DNA of 64,000 nucleotides from Bispira polyomma (Eukaryota), in contig OZ287754.1 in assembly GCA_965649765.1 (NCBI GenBank), positions 11,098,001 through 11,162,000 of the forward strand. Reading direction: 5' to 3'. Shown piece by piece: positions 1-12,400 of the stretch. A program made the translations under genes and the position numbers. The notes under the pieces are model-generated. The model did not search any database. It saw only the letters and a program-made list of their open reading frames with translations, and had not been told where the DNA came from. The first letter of the stretch is position 1, and every line of letters begins with the position of its first letter.

Positions 1-903
1 GTCTTGCTGTATTTAATACTTAATATTTCATTTATTTGATGTTTTATTGGAAATAAATGTAAAAATGCAAGGGTTTAGCTCAAGAAATAATTCAGTATTA
101 TTCAATCCCAAGGAATTAACTTCATTTTACTAGTAATTTTATTTTATTGTTTTACCAAGGTATCATAGAAATCGGCGAACTGAAGTTCCGATTATTGTTA
201 TAGCTATAGTAATATTGTATATCATTTTCTGTACTTGGGTAAAATATAACATTAAGAAGTTTAAAGTTACAGAAAAAAATAGAGATTAAAAATGTTATAA
301 AAGAACATGTAATTTTTCATAGTAATATTTTTAACCTTGTGTTTGAAAATAACCACAAAATAAAAATTTGTTGAAAATGTGAAAAGATAAGATCTCCAAA
401 TTATAATTAGCTATTTAGGTAGGTATTAATGCAAATTCAATTGTTTACCATGAGTTAACTCTATAGTAAAACAACCAAAATAACTTCCTAGAAAAAACTT
501 CTACTAATGCAGTCTGTGTCCATTATTAGAGTAATATGTGTAGAGAGAAGAGCTGGAAGTCTAATATTACTGTATATTTTTACTGCTGTTGGTTTCATCT
601 TTTTGTCGTTGTTAATTTCCCCTAAAATTTCCCCTATAATATTCAGAACAGTTTGCCAGAAAATGCCAGACATGCGAACTGTATATTTTTATCTATTCAA
701 TCTTGAGTCATAAAGCTGTCTCCTTGATATATCTCATGGCAAATAAAATTGCAACCAAAAATGCAGCCAGTCATCAATTTTCTTCTGTATGGTATTTTTA
801 TTCTTAGTTTGTGCCCTAAAACTCCACTGTCTAGTTGGTGATTTTATCAGACACACTAAGTGAAAATAAAATGCAAATACACAAAATAGAGTGAGGAATC
901 TGA

Positions 904-1099
904 AATTTACCACTGTATCTGAAATTCGCCGACCTCCTAAAATTTGAGCCAAATCACTAAAAACTCGTCAGATAACTGAAATGTAGGTAAGTAAAAGCAA
1001 AATAGTCACAAAAATCTCAATTTAAGCAAATATTACCCACAATTGCACCAAAAACACAACATTTTCTAGGTGGCGAATTTCAGATACAGTGGCAAATTT
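904..1099. mobile_element. MITE with 28-bp TIR; related copies at ~1440-1520 and ~19735-19912
   Basis: aaatttaccactgtatctgaaattcgcc / ggcgaatttcagatacagtggcaaattt. Confidence 0.65.
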
Positions 1100-1111
1100 T
1101 ATATGCGTTAA

Positions 1112-1317
1112 GGCCACCTTATACATTTCGTAACCTTAACTAGACAGATGTAAGGCTAAGGCCAGCAGAAATCATGTAATTCGTTAAGGTTACCTTAAAT
1201 TTTGGTAAAATTAAACTTAAACTTAAAGTTACGTTAATCTTAAACTTAGTCGACGCAAAGTCACTCTTAAGGTGAACTTAGACTAAGCTCTTAAAAATTT
1301 TTTCTTTTAAGGTGGCC
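1112..1317. mobile_element. Harbinger-like MITE
   Basis: TIR ggccacctta / taaggtggcc; TAA/TCA flanks. Confidence 0.6.
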
Positions 1318-1960
1318 TCAATTATCTATCGCAAAATTTTAACCAATTGTAACTATATGTGTAGGAATAGATTAAATATATATATTCCAACTGCTAGTTT
1401 TTCTTGCAAGGTCAATTTCTTAAATACTCAAGGTCAGGGCACTGCCCACAATTCCACCAAAAACACAACATTTTCTAGGTGGCGAATTTCAGATACAGTG
1501 GCAAATTTTATATGCGTTACTCTATATTGAAGTAAAAATGGCAATAATGACATCAACAGTTATACACAGAATGTCTAGGCACTACAAGATCAGATATTTG
1601 TCATCATCATTAATTCAGGCCTTAATCTTGTTCGGAGACATAAAAAAAATAAAAAATATTGCAGAGATACTACAAATTTTTGTCACATCAACTTTAATAT
1701 TCATTCCCAGGTACACACTGATATATAATCGACCCCTTTAAAAAATCTGATGAGTGGAATTACCTGTTAAGTAGAAGTTATTTTAATATATATGGTATAT
1801 AATTCTTGTGCCCATATCCTGATTATCTTAAGAAAATCCTGTAGGTCTGTTATATCAAAAAGTTAAAAACAGTTGGAGCAATTTGTTTTTACCAAAAAAT
1901 GTGAATATAATAAGCAACATTTCTGTTTTCCGAATATTAAGCTTGTGTTAGGATTTTAGC

Positions 1961-2058
1961 ATGTTTAAACCATCTTAAATGTGATGTTAAACCATCTTAA
2001 AAGTGATGTTAAAACATTTTAAATGTGATGTTAAACCATCTTAAATGTGATGCTAAAA
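1961..2058 (+). repeat. 22-bp minisatellite x ~4.4
   Basis: Repeated unit atgttaaaccatcttaaatgtg. Confidence 0.85.
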
Positions 2059-2159
2059 AGTTTGGAAATTAGGATGGCCAGATTTTGGTACATTGACTTT
2101 ACAGTAGTAAAATTACCCGAGCAGTGTATTAAAAAATATATTATGAAAGAAGACAAACA

Positions 2160-5100
2160 GTACAATAAAGTAAGCTACACTAATGTATTATGGTTTCTGT
2201 TTTCGCATTGCTACTGATTGCTATTGTTCGTGAGGTGACATCTTTATGGCTTTTTAACTGCTACAAGGAGCTGCAGTAACATCCCAAAAACTACAGCTGT
2301 GTCCTAGGATTGTGTCCCTGTTCTTTGAAGTTTTATTACTGTCAGAAATGGGTCTTTGTCATTTGTTTATATCTTCAATTAGTGATAGGAGCTTTAAACT
2401 GCTCCTGTTTGGTTCACTCATGACATAGTTTGATATATTGACTAAGTGAAATAAAGTCATTTTGCTTGAGCATAAGTTTCATAATAATCAAAGGCACTCA
2501 TTCTAAATGACGTGGATTGCTTTTATAGAATATCACATTATCTGACATAGATCTAAACATATCCAGGGCCCATAGTGACATGTTTAAAGATACATCATTT
2601 TATTCTAATGGCATATACCTAACTGAACTTTTCAGAGAGATATCAGCAATCCACTTAGACAAATAAATATGTCTCAACTGTTTGGCATAAAGAGAGATAA
2701 CATCCCAGAAGTGTGGCTAAGTAATGAAATTGTCAGTTATTGAATATAATCTGCAACATTTCCACTTTCAGAATATTAAGCTTGCGTTAGCATGTTCATG
2801 TTCTTTAAATGTATATAGTTAAGGTAATAATTTTTGAAATGATTAACTACAGGAACTTTTTATTTGATACTAATATTCATCTGTAGGTAACAGTTGTGGC
2901 ATGTAATGGTCTACACCTCATCTCGACCCTTGACTTTAAAGTAGTAACCATTAGATCCTAATATCTTGGGTAGGGTGGGTCTAATGAATTGTATGTCACA
3001 CAAAATTGATATTTGGTACAGACATTTTCTAAGGCACGCGGATATCTCATTTTTAACATTTAATCTCTTAGAAGTATAACCTTGACCTCAACATGTTGTG
3101 TCAGCCGAGTCAAATGAGTTTGAAGTCAAGGTCATAAAATGGGGTTTGACCTTGTATGTAAGGTTTAGAAAGGTATAAGGTCAGATGCAGTTTGGGATAT
3201 TTATTTATAACTCTTTAGCTTCTATGTACAACTATACAGAAAGTTTTAGATAAGAACTAAATAATTTAAAATGCCAATAAGCAAGTAAAAGGAAAGAGGG
3301 TTTATAAACACATAAGGTAAAATATAAGAGTAAGATAACTCATACACAAAGCAACACGGTAAATATAACTAACGATAACTACAAAGCAATATGAAAATGC
3401 TAGTACAACAATACTGTAAATAAAACCAATCATAGCTAAAATAAAAATAGATAAAGCAATATGGTAAGTATAACCAATCACAATTTTTAAAATATGTACA
3501 AGGGAGGAGGGTTGGGAGATATTTGATGTTGTTAGTTTGACTTCTGACTTAATAGTGAGCTTATCGTGGAAAGGGCGCGAAAATGCTGAGTAGAGTAAGA
3601 GAGACTTGTCTTCTGACTTATTAGTGATATTATAAAAAAAGCGCGAAACGCCAAGGAGAGTGTTATTTGGTGCTGATATCTAGATGCAGCATAAGGGTCG
3701 GAGTGACTATGATAAGCAAATACTTTCGAAGTAGAAGTACTGTAAATTATAGCATTTTCGCGGCTGACTAGCCATGCTACTTCGCGGTAGTGACGACGAG
3801 TGGTCTATTTATATCTCAGGGTTGTAGGGCTTTGGCATTCATTCCTATTGCTTACTCTAAAATTGTGTTTATTCCAAGTTACCTTTTCTGTTTGGTCAAT
3901 ATTCACTTTTTGAAGCAAACCTTTACTTTCCAGCTAGTATATTACAAAAACATGAATATGTGACTGTATATTTTTCACTATGCTTGAAGATTCTGCTAAT
4001 TATTTCGAATAATTCATTAAAGCAGAATAATGAAATAATTGGTAATTTGAAAATCTCGGTCACTTTATTCTATAAATACATTGACATGTATACTCAGGAA
4101 AGTGGTTACCCGAATGTATAGTTGTTACATGTATTATTCTCAGCAGATCCCCTGGACAGTTATATTTTGATATACAGTAGAACATCTATTATCCAAACTT
4201 CCATTATCCAAATATGCGATTTTGTTAAACTCATTTCTACTCTTCCACATTTTTATTTTGCTGTTGTTTTATACTACATATCCTTTTTTTTATTTCAGGA
4301 ACCTTCTATTATCTGAATAAAATTTTGAATTTCTACTGTATATGCATATTCCTGTTGTTTTACAGTCAGTGTAGGCTAGATGGCTATATTTACCAATCTC
4401 GATTAAGTTACTCGGTGTTATTTACACTTTGACGACTGTCATATGAGTACATGTAGTCAGAATCATTGACGATTTCATTACTTTAAGCCACATTTATGCA
4501 AATCCTGGGATGTTATTGCCATATTTACCAACACACAGTTTAGTCACCTTCATTTGTCTAAGTGGATTGTTGATATCTGCCTGGAAGGTTTAGTTAGGTA
4601 TAAGCCATTATATCAAACGTTTTGTTATTGTTTGTAACTGACTCTCTGTGTTTGGTGCAGCCAATGGTCTACTTTAAACAAATAAAAGATTTGCCATTGG
4701 ATGTAACATCTTTTACCAGCCAACGTGACAGTTTTCGGAATTGGAACTCTGTATTGAAACATCTGGGTTGAACTTTCCCATATCCACATTTTTTTGTAGA
4801 AAGAGATCGCGGATAAATATATTTTTTATTAATTTTTGGGTTCTACACTAATCTGATCTATATACAGTTAAGATACGCAATACAAAGGACACAAGGTCAC
4901 CTTACATTAAGTACGGCTTCAATTTAAAGTTAAGTAACTAGAGTTAAATTTCTAAATTTAAGTCTAAATTTAAAGATAATTTTGAGTTTAAGGTTAGTGA
5001 TCCATAGCAGGACAGCTAAGAGCATTTCCTCTGTTGGAAAACACATTAAATCTCATTTTTCAAACCAACCTTTTCCAACATAGCAAAGAGTCCTTTCAAT

Positions 5101-8070
5101 TAGCTAAATGCTAATTTTGTTGTTTATTAGATAAGATTAGATTTGGTGTTTTGCTATAATTAAATCCTGTAATAAGAATTTAATAGAAAAAAGTGAAAAG
5201 CTCCCATTAGATCATACAACAACTCCCTACAAGTTTGAAGTAATATAATACATTGGAACCTGTTATATGAACATATTTGGAGAACAGGATATTGTTCTGA
5301 TAATACGAGGTTCATTAAATAGAAGAATACACTTAGAAAACATACTTTTGGGAGACTGAAAATAAGTTAATAAAATTAAATATTTGGATATTACAAATTC
5401 TGATAAAAGAGGTTATACTTAACCTAATAGAGGTGTAACATCAGTTTATGTACAGCTAGTGACTCTATGGAAGCTAGTGTTAAGATACTATATTTACTGT
5501 CATTTAAGTTCTTGTCACACATCTGTATAAAAGGACTAAAGTGCCAGTGAGGTCACAGAAATAAAGATGAGAAATCAGACATTAGATTCCAAGACCCCTT
5601 AATATGCAACTCTAAAAAATGAATATTAAGTATGATCTTGTACTCCAATGTACCTTAAATGTGCTCATATATAAGAATTTATCAAACTTTAGGAAATGTC
5701 AGCTTTTTCATTTGGTTACACAGAGTGTTGTGTCAGTTGTTGACGTTCAATTTCATTTCATTTTATAAAAAAAAACTAGGACAGTTTGTTTTAGCTAGAT
5801 TACATCTATCATTTATTTGCTTTTTCATTTGAACATGGTGGCAAATATATAAACTAGTAGCAGAGTTTTGCTTCTTTACTGTTATAGTAACCAGAGAGTC
5901 TCACCGGTCTGTCACATGGCCCACTTCAAGCATTTCTTCATCATCTCACCAGAGACTGGAACGTGTCATAGTTTTGATGGTGTTTACTCTAAGATACAAT
6001 GAATGTTATATTGAGGCTGATATGAATTCTCCCACATGCCTTAGCTCATTAGCATATAACACTTAGAAGGTCTTGGAGTCAACATGTTTCTTGCATGGAA
6101 TTCTAGGGGAGTCTGTCTTACTCAAATGTAGTTAATATCTATAGGGCTTGTTTGATGTTGTGTCAAAACAAAACATTCATTTAATATATATTTATTAACA
6201 AATTTTTACGATCGAATAAAAGTTGTTTTTTTTTAATTTCTCCAAAAACATATGAAAAAATAATCCCTGTTGTGTGGATAGAAATCTGTAATAAATAAGT
6301 CATGTCAAAATTACGTTACTGGACATTTTTTGGTTACAGTTTTCAATTATGATAACAGTGAAGGTTCGCTGTGCAAAAGTTTGAAGGCTGTATGTCCATT
6401 ACTGTTGTAACCATTGTAACCCTGATTTTACATTTGGGGATGTAGAGATATAAAACCTTTGCCTCTATAGTTGGTTGGTTTGAATCTAGGCCCAGTGTCA
6501 AGTAATTGGGGAAAGTTGATGGCCGGTGGTTTACAGTGCAGTAATCTTGACCAACTACCATGTACCGGTTTTCTTCACCAGTAAACTGCATATTGTTATC
6601 TAATGCGCAAGTGATTGAGGTACTTTTTGTTTTTTTACCTTGGCTTTATTTTTGAACTTCTCTATTGGTTTACTGATTCTACTGTTGTGCTTTAGGAGAT
6701 GCCTAGCGTCAATAAGGCAGATTACAAAACCAAAATACTATACAATACAAGTTAAGACCCTAAGTAAGTCTAACTAGATTATGCATAGTTGGAGTCAGTC
6801 AGGTGACCAGTTGGTTTGTGGCGAGATGGTATTGGTGACGACTTGATCCCCTAATTCAAATAGATCAACCGTGAAAGGGTTATAAGACAAGAACTGTAGA
6901 TAACATCAGCTTGTCAGCACATTACCTCTTTGACAGTTCAATTTAACACTGCACTAGAATGCTACTCATGTGCTTTGTGTTTTTGATACATGTTATCTTC
7001 CACTTAAAGCAGTGTGTATAATGAAATGGACTAACTGACATTTCTTTCATTTACTAAATAAAGGTTGTTGACTAGCGGCTGACAGCATTTGTTACTCCCA
7101 GAATCTATGTCCGTCTGCAAGCAGTCAACCCCCAAAATATTATTCTATTTTCCTTCAGTTCCTCGCAAATGTGAAACTCTTTAGTTAATTGCAGTTAAGT
7201 AGGCTTTTTCTTGATATTCTTAGTAAGTGAAAAAGGTTTCCCACTCTAAATTAGCTGCAACAAAAACAGTCAGTAGTTAAATGTGCAGTTCACTGAAATT
7301 TGTTATGCTTTGGGTTTCAAAAGCAACATTGGAACAAAGACTGGATATAGATGTGAAGATTGTACTAAACATCAATCAACAGAAGGTCCACAGTGAAAAA
7401 ACCTATCTGTTCAATGATGCATTCCATCCATAGTCTCTTTCCTTTTCTCAGTTGACGTATTGAAGATGACTTCCTTCTGTCAATCACTAATTATATAAAA
7501 CGTTTTTTACTGCCTCTCCATGCCACCATAGTGTGAACCTCACATAATATATCTTTATATTTTTTAACACTTTTTTGTGCATTTGTTTCCCCTCTAGATA
7601 ATTAAACTGCAAGCCTGTGACAGTCACTATTAAAAATATGGTTAAGATCTAAGGATGCTTCTATTTTGTTGTTGCATACAAAATGATCCACTTAGTACCC
7701 CCAATCTACATACGGATCGATGTTAATCATGCAATAAAGTTGTGGAAACAAATTATTAAGCTGAAAACAGTTGTCCTGGAAGTGTTTTCAGTAAAACAGA
7801 GGACAGTTGTTAGTCAAACTGTAGTGATGTCTGTGACAAGAAATGGACTATAGTTTTTAAAAGGTCTACTGAGCAATGGCAGCCTAATACAACTGCACCA
7901 GCTGACCCCTTGTAAGGCTGCTTTAATCTTTTTGACCCTATGTTGCTGGCAAGCTGTCAAGAGCATTTGTTAATCCCAGAACCTCACATAGAAAAATAGC
8001 AGACTCATTTGTTTAAAAAAAGATACATTGAGCCCCTTATCGAATGCCAAAAGTATTCTGTGGTGTGTGT
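2160..8070 (+). repeat. Tandem segmental duplication, copy 1 (~5.9 kb)
   Basis: Collinear with 9415-15200 over many blocks, e.g. 4360-4790 vs 12003-12450 and 6758-8070 vs 13612-15200. Confidence 0.9.
4175..4338. mobile_element. Tc1/mariner-type MITE remnant (paralog at ~11831-11991)
   Basis: TA-cagtagaa...ttctactg-TA. Confidence 0.55.
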
Positions 8071-8149
8071 TTTGGTGACTGCATTTAGCTTATTTACCTT
8101 ATTCTAAACGTGGCTAAAATACAGAGAATCAAGGATTTGTAATAAATAT

Positions 8150-9370
8150 GTTAAGCTTGTTGGTGTGACCGTGTTGCAATGATCTGAATTGGATCATGTA
8201 TCCTGGTAGCCTAAGTGAGGATCACCAATTCCAATAAATTGGAATATTATTAATGGCAAACAGGCGTAACTAGGGGTGTGCTGTCACTGCATTGTGATGT
8301 CCATTTGGTTATGACATTACAGGGCAATAAAATTGACTTATGTTATGTTTGGTGCTACAGACCTACTTTGGATTAGGTGGTTATACACGGTTTTGCCGAA
8401 GAGGCTCCTCAGACGCATTAAGCAAAAATTAATCTGTAAATTGGTTAAGTGTAGGTTAACCTTAGTGGAAATAATTCCTAGAATGGGAATACTGTATCTC
8501 TGTATAGTTGGTATTTGGTGACATAGTTTATAAGTTAGAGGTGTCCCATGTCCACTATAAACTCTGAAAAAGTTCATCTGTCTTGTCCTTCGGGGGTACA
8601 AGCAGGGGTATTTTTAATACGAGTTAGTGTGGGGATAACAACTGAGTTAGTGTCTAGTTTATTTGAATGTTTGGTTCCTAAGTTACTGATAAAAACAACC
8701 CCGAAGGGATGTGGTGAATTACTCTATAGGTCGTTCTAGATAATTTTTTGAAAAATGGCAAAAGCCCTACAGAGTAATCTTTGGTATTATTCCTGGATAT
8801 TGATACCTTGGGGAGCATTAGTTCTCAGTCTGTGTCGCCAATGCCTTTTGATTTTCCTCCTTATATTAAGGTCTTGAGGGCTTAATGGATGGAAATGAAT
8901 GAAATCAACAATGTGTATTTCTGTAATTTAGGCCATTGTGGTCCAATTAGTCAAAGTGTTGACCAATAGTGTCTCTAGCGTTTGTGGACGTGATATTGTA
9001 GAAATGACCCTGGAATTGATTGGTTGGGTTTTGGCCTGGGCAGGTAATCGACTTTGGCATTGACAAGAATATCTTTCAGGTTTTTATTCCGTCGAGAGCC
9101 AAAGATGACCTTTTTACCATGGAGGTGTAAATTAGTGTCATTAGGTCTGGTTAAGAAATCCCAGTTTTTTGTTACAATCTCTTTCAGGCCCTCCCCCACG
9201 GTGGTTGCTAGGTGCTAATTAACAAGAGATTTGTATTAGATTCTACCCGAGCCTTGGTGTGAGGGTCTCAGAGTTTATAACGGTCCTGTCTTCTGGCCAG
9301 GATTATGGCTTCTTATATGAGGTCTTCTACAGTTTTCATATGCATTTTCACGGGTGCCTGATGATACAAT
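8150..9370 (-). mobile_element. Penelope-like element, 5'-truncated with an internal deletion
   Basis: RT thumb remnant, RRNKNLKDILVNAK linker, GIY-YIG C-terminus (IGQHF...W.HRLRT.APQGIN, stop at 8787-8789), followed by a ~600-bp non-coding pLTR-like segment. Confidence 0.8.
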
Positions 9371-9414
9371 GAACCATATCAACCACGAAATTGCCATAAT
9401 TACATTACAGTGGA

Positions 9415-12400
9415 TAATAAAGTAAGCTATCGGTACTAATGTAATATAATGTTTGTTTTTATATTGCTACTGATTGCTATTGTTCATGAGGTGACATCTT
9501 TATGGTTTTTAACTGCTACAAGGAGCTGCAGTAACATCCAAAAAAAACTACAGCTGTGTCCTATGATTGTTTCCCTGTTCTTTGAAGTTTTATTACTGTC
9601 AGAAACGGGTCTTTGTCATTTGTTTTATCTTCAATTATTGATAGCAGCTTTAAACTGCTCCTGTTTGGTTCACTCATGACTTGGTGTGATTTATTAACTA
9701 AGTGAAATAAATATATTTAGTGTCATTTTGCTTTAGTACAAGTTGCATAATAATTCTATATGACATGGAATGCTTTTATAGAATATCACATTACCTGACA
9801 TTAGTCTAAACATATCCAGGGCCCATAGTCACATGACCAAAGACACATCATTTTATTCTGATGGCATATATACCTAACATAACCTTCCAGACAGATATCA
9901 ACAATCCAAATCAATGTGTCTCAATTGTTGGTAAATATGGCGATATATCTCAGATGGTACACATAAGTGTGGCTAAGTAATAGAATTGTTAAATATTGAA
10001 TAGAAAAAAACAACATTTCTGCTTTCAAAATATTAAGCTTATGCTAGCATGTTCATCTGCAAAAACCTTCTAAATTTGATGGTAAAAAATCTCAAATGTT
10101 ATGTGGAAAACAGAAATTCAGGACACACCAGATTTCGGTAGATTGACTAATGCACTAAGTTACTAATGTATTATGGTGTTTCTGTTATCATTGCTACTAA
10201 TTGCTATTGTTTCATGAGATTACATCTTCATGTTGTTTTAATCGTGCAACCATGATCCGACCTCACTTTCATCTAAGAGGTTTATAAGTTTTACTTTAAA
10301 TATATATTGTTAAGGTAATATCTCCGAAACAACTAACTATAGGAACTTCATATTTGATACTATTATTCATTTGTAGGTTACAGTTGTGCTATTGTCATGG
10401 TCAGGTCTACACCTCATGTTAATCATTGACCTTCAAGTAATGATCACTTTATCCAAAGATCCTTTTATTAGACTGGATCTAATGCACTCGATGTCACAAA
10501 AAGTTCATGTTTGGTGCAGACTTTCCTGAATCACGAGATGTTTAATTTAATTTTAACTTTTAACAAAGGTGTGTGACCTTGACCTCCATTGACCATGACT
10601 TGTATGGACTATATTTATATCTTGTGGATGTAAGGCTTTGGTATGTCTATAGCTAAGCCTGCGCTTCCTTTCAGCACTTTTTTATCGGCCGACGTCGAAT
10701 TGCTCACTATAAAATACAACCAAGCCCTTCCTTTCAGCATATTTGCAACAGATCAGATCAGACGTCGGCCGACGTCTGTTGAGCCAACAGATTATAGCTG
10801 TCAGAAAGCGAACGAATCGGGAGGACTGACTGATTTTGAAGCAAAAATGTCCACAAATACACTGTCTTAGGTATATTATTCATCTGATATAAACTCAATA
10901 TTGGTCTGATATTGACTTTGAAAATGGCATGCGAAAGCTTATTTTATTGTAATTACTGTGCTTCTTTTTTCACCAAAATTTGTTGAGAAACGGCTTAGGT
11001 ATTTAAGTTTATAGAGGGGTACTTCTTTTAACCTTACTCTTTTACTGTGAATTATACCTCACAGCAATGTCATAATAAAGTCAGTTTTGCAGCTCCGTCA
11101 CAACTCACACATAAGGAATTAAAAATGGTTACCCCTCTATAAACTTAATTACCTGAGCTCTTTCGCAACAAATTTTAATGAAAAAAGAAGCACAGTAATT
11201 ACAATAAAATAAACTTTCTCATACTATTTTCAAACATGTGACAAATATTGGGTATATATCTGATTAAAGGAAACGCTACATTGGCCAACGTTGGATCGGA
11301 TTGGACGTACCCAAATCGGCCGACGTCGGAATGTGCTGAAAGGAAGCGTAGGCTAACTCTATCACTGTGTTTACTGAATTTACCTATTCTGTTTGGTACA
11401 GACTTTCCGAAATCACGCAGATGTTTAATTTAACTTTAACTTTTAACCATAGAGATGTGTAACCTTGACCTCAATTGACCGTGACTTGTATGGACTATAT
11501 ATATATACATCTTGTGGATGTAAGGCTTTGGTGTCCCTGTTGCTAACTCTATAACTGTGTTTATTGCAAGTTATATTTTCTGTTTGATGAACCTTTACTT
11601 ATTCAAACAAACATTTTCCCTTTCTAGCTATTATACTATAATAACATTAACATGTGACTGTCTATGTTTTACTATTATTGAAGACTCATCTATGAATTAA
11701 TTTAAAAATCTCAATCCCTTTATTCTATAAATACAGTCAAAGGTATATTCAGGAATATATATAGTAGTTACCCAAATGCATAGTTGTTATTATTCTCAGT
11801 AGATCCCCTAGACAGTTATATTTTGATATACAGTTAAGAACGTCTATTATCCAAGCTTCTATTATGAGAATATTCAATTTTGTAAACCAATTTCTAGTTT
11901 CCCAAATGTTTATTTATAAATTTTATGCACCTTCTATTATCTGAACAACAATTCACTCTCCCAAGATGTTTGGATGAAATTATATCTACTGTATATTACA
12001 TTTTCCTGTTGTGTTACAGTCAGTGTAGGCTTGATGGCTGTATTTATCAATCCCCATTAAGTTACTTGGTGTTATTTACACTTTGAGGACTGTGATATGA
12101 TTACATGTACTCAGAATCATTGAAAATTCCATTACTTTAAGCCACATTTATGCAAATCCTGGGATGTTATTGCCATATTTACTAACACACAGTGGAGTCA
12201 CCTTCATTTGTCTAAGTGGATTGTTGATATCAGTCTGGAAGGTTTAGTTAGGTATAAGCCATTAGAATCAAACGATTTGTTATTGTTTGTAACTGACTCT
12301 CTGTGTTTGGTGCAGCCAATGGTCTACTTTTAGCAAATAAAAGATTTAACAAAAGAATGTAACATCTTTTACCAGCCAACGTGACAGTTTTCGGAATTGG

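Noticed and set aside
9358-9400. CTGATGA...GAAA near the Penelope 5' end
   Set aside because: Wrong strand relative to the element and no stem II.
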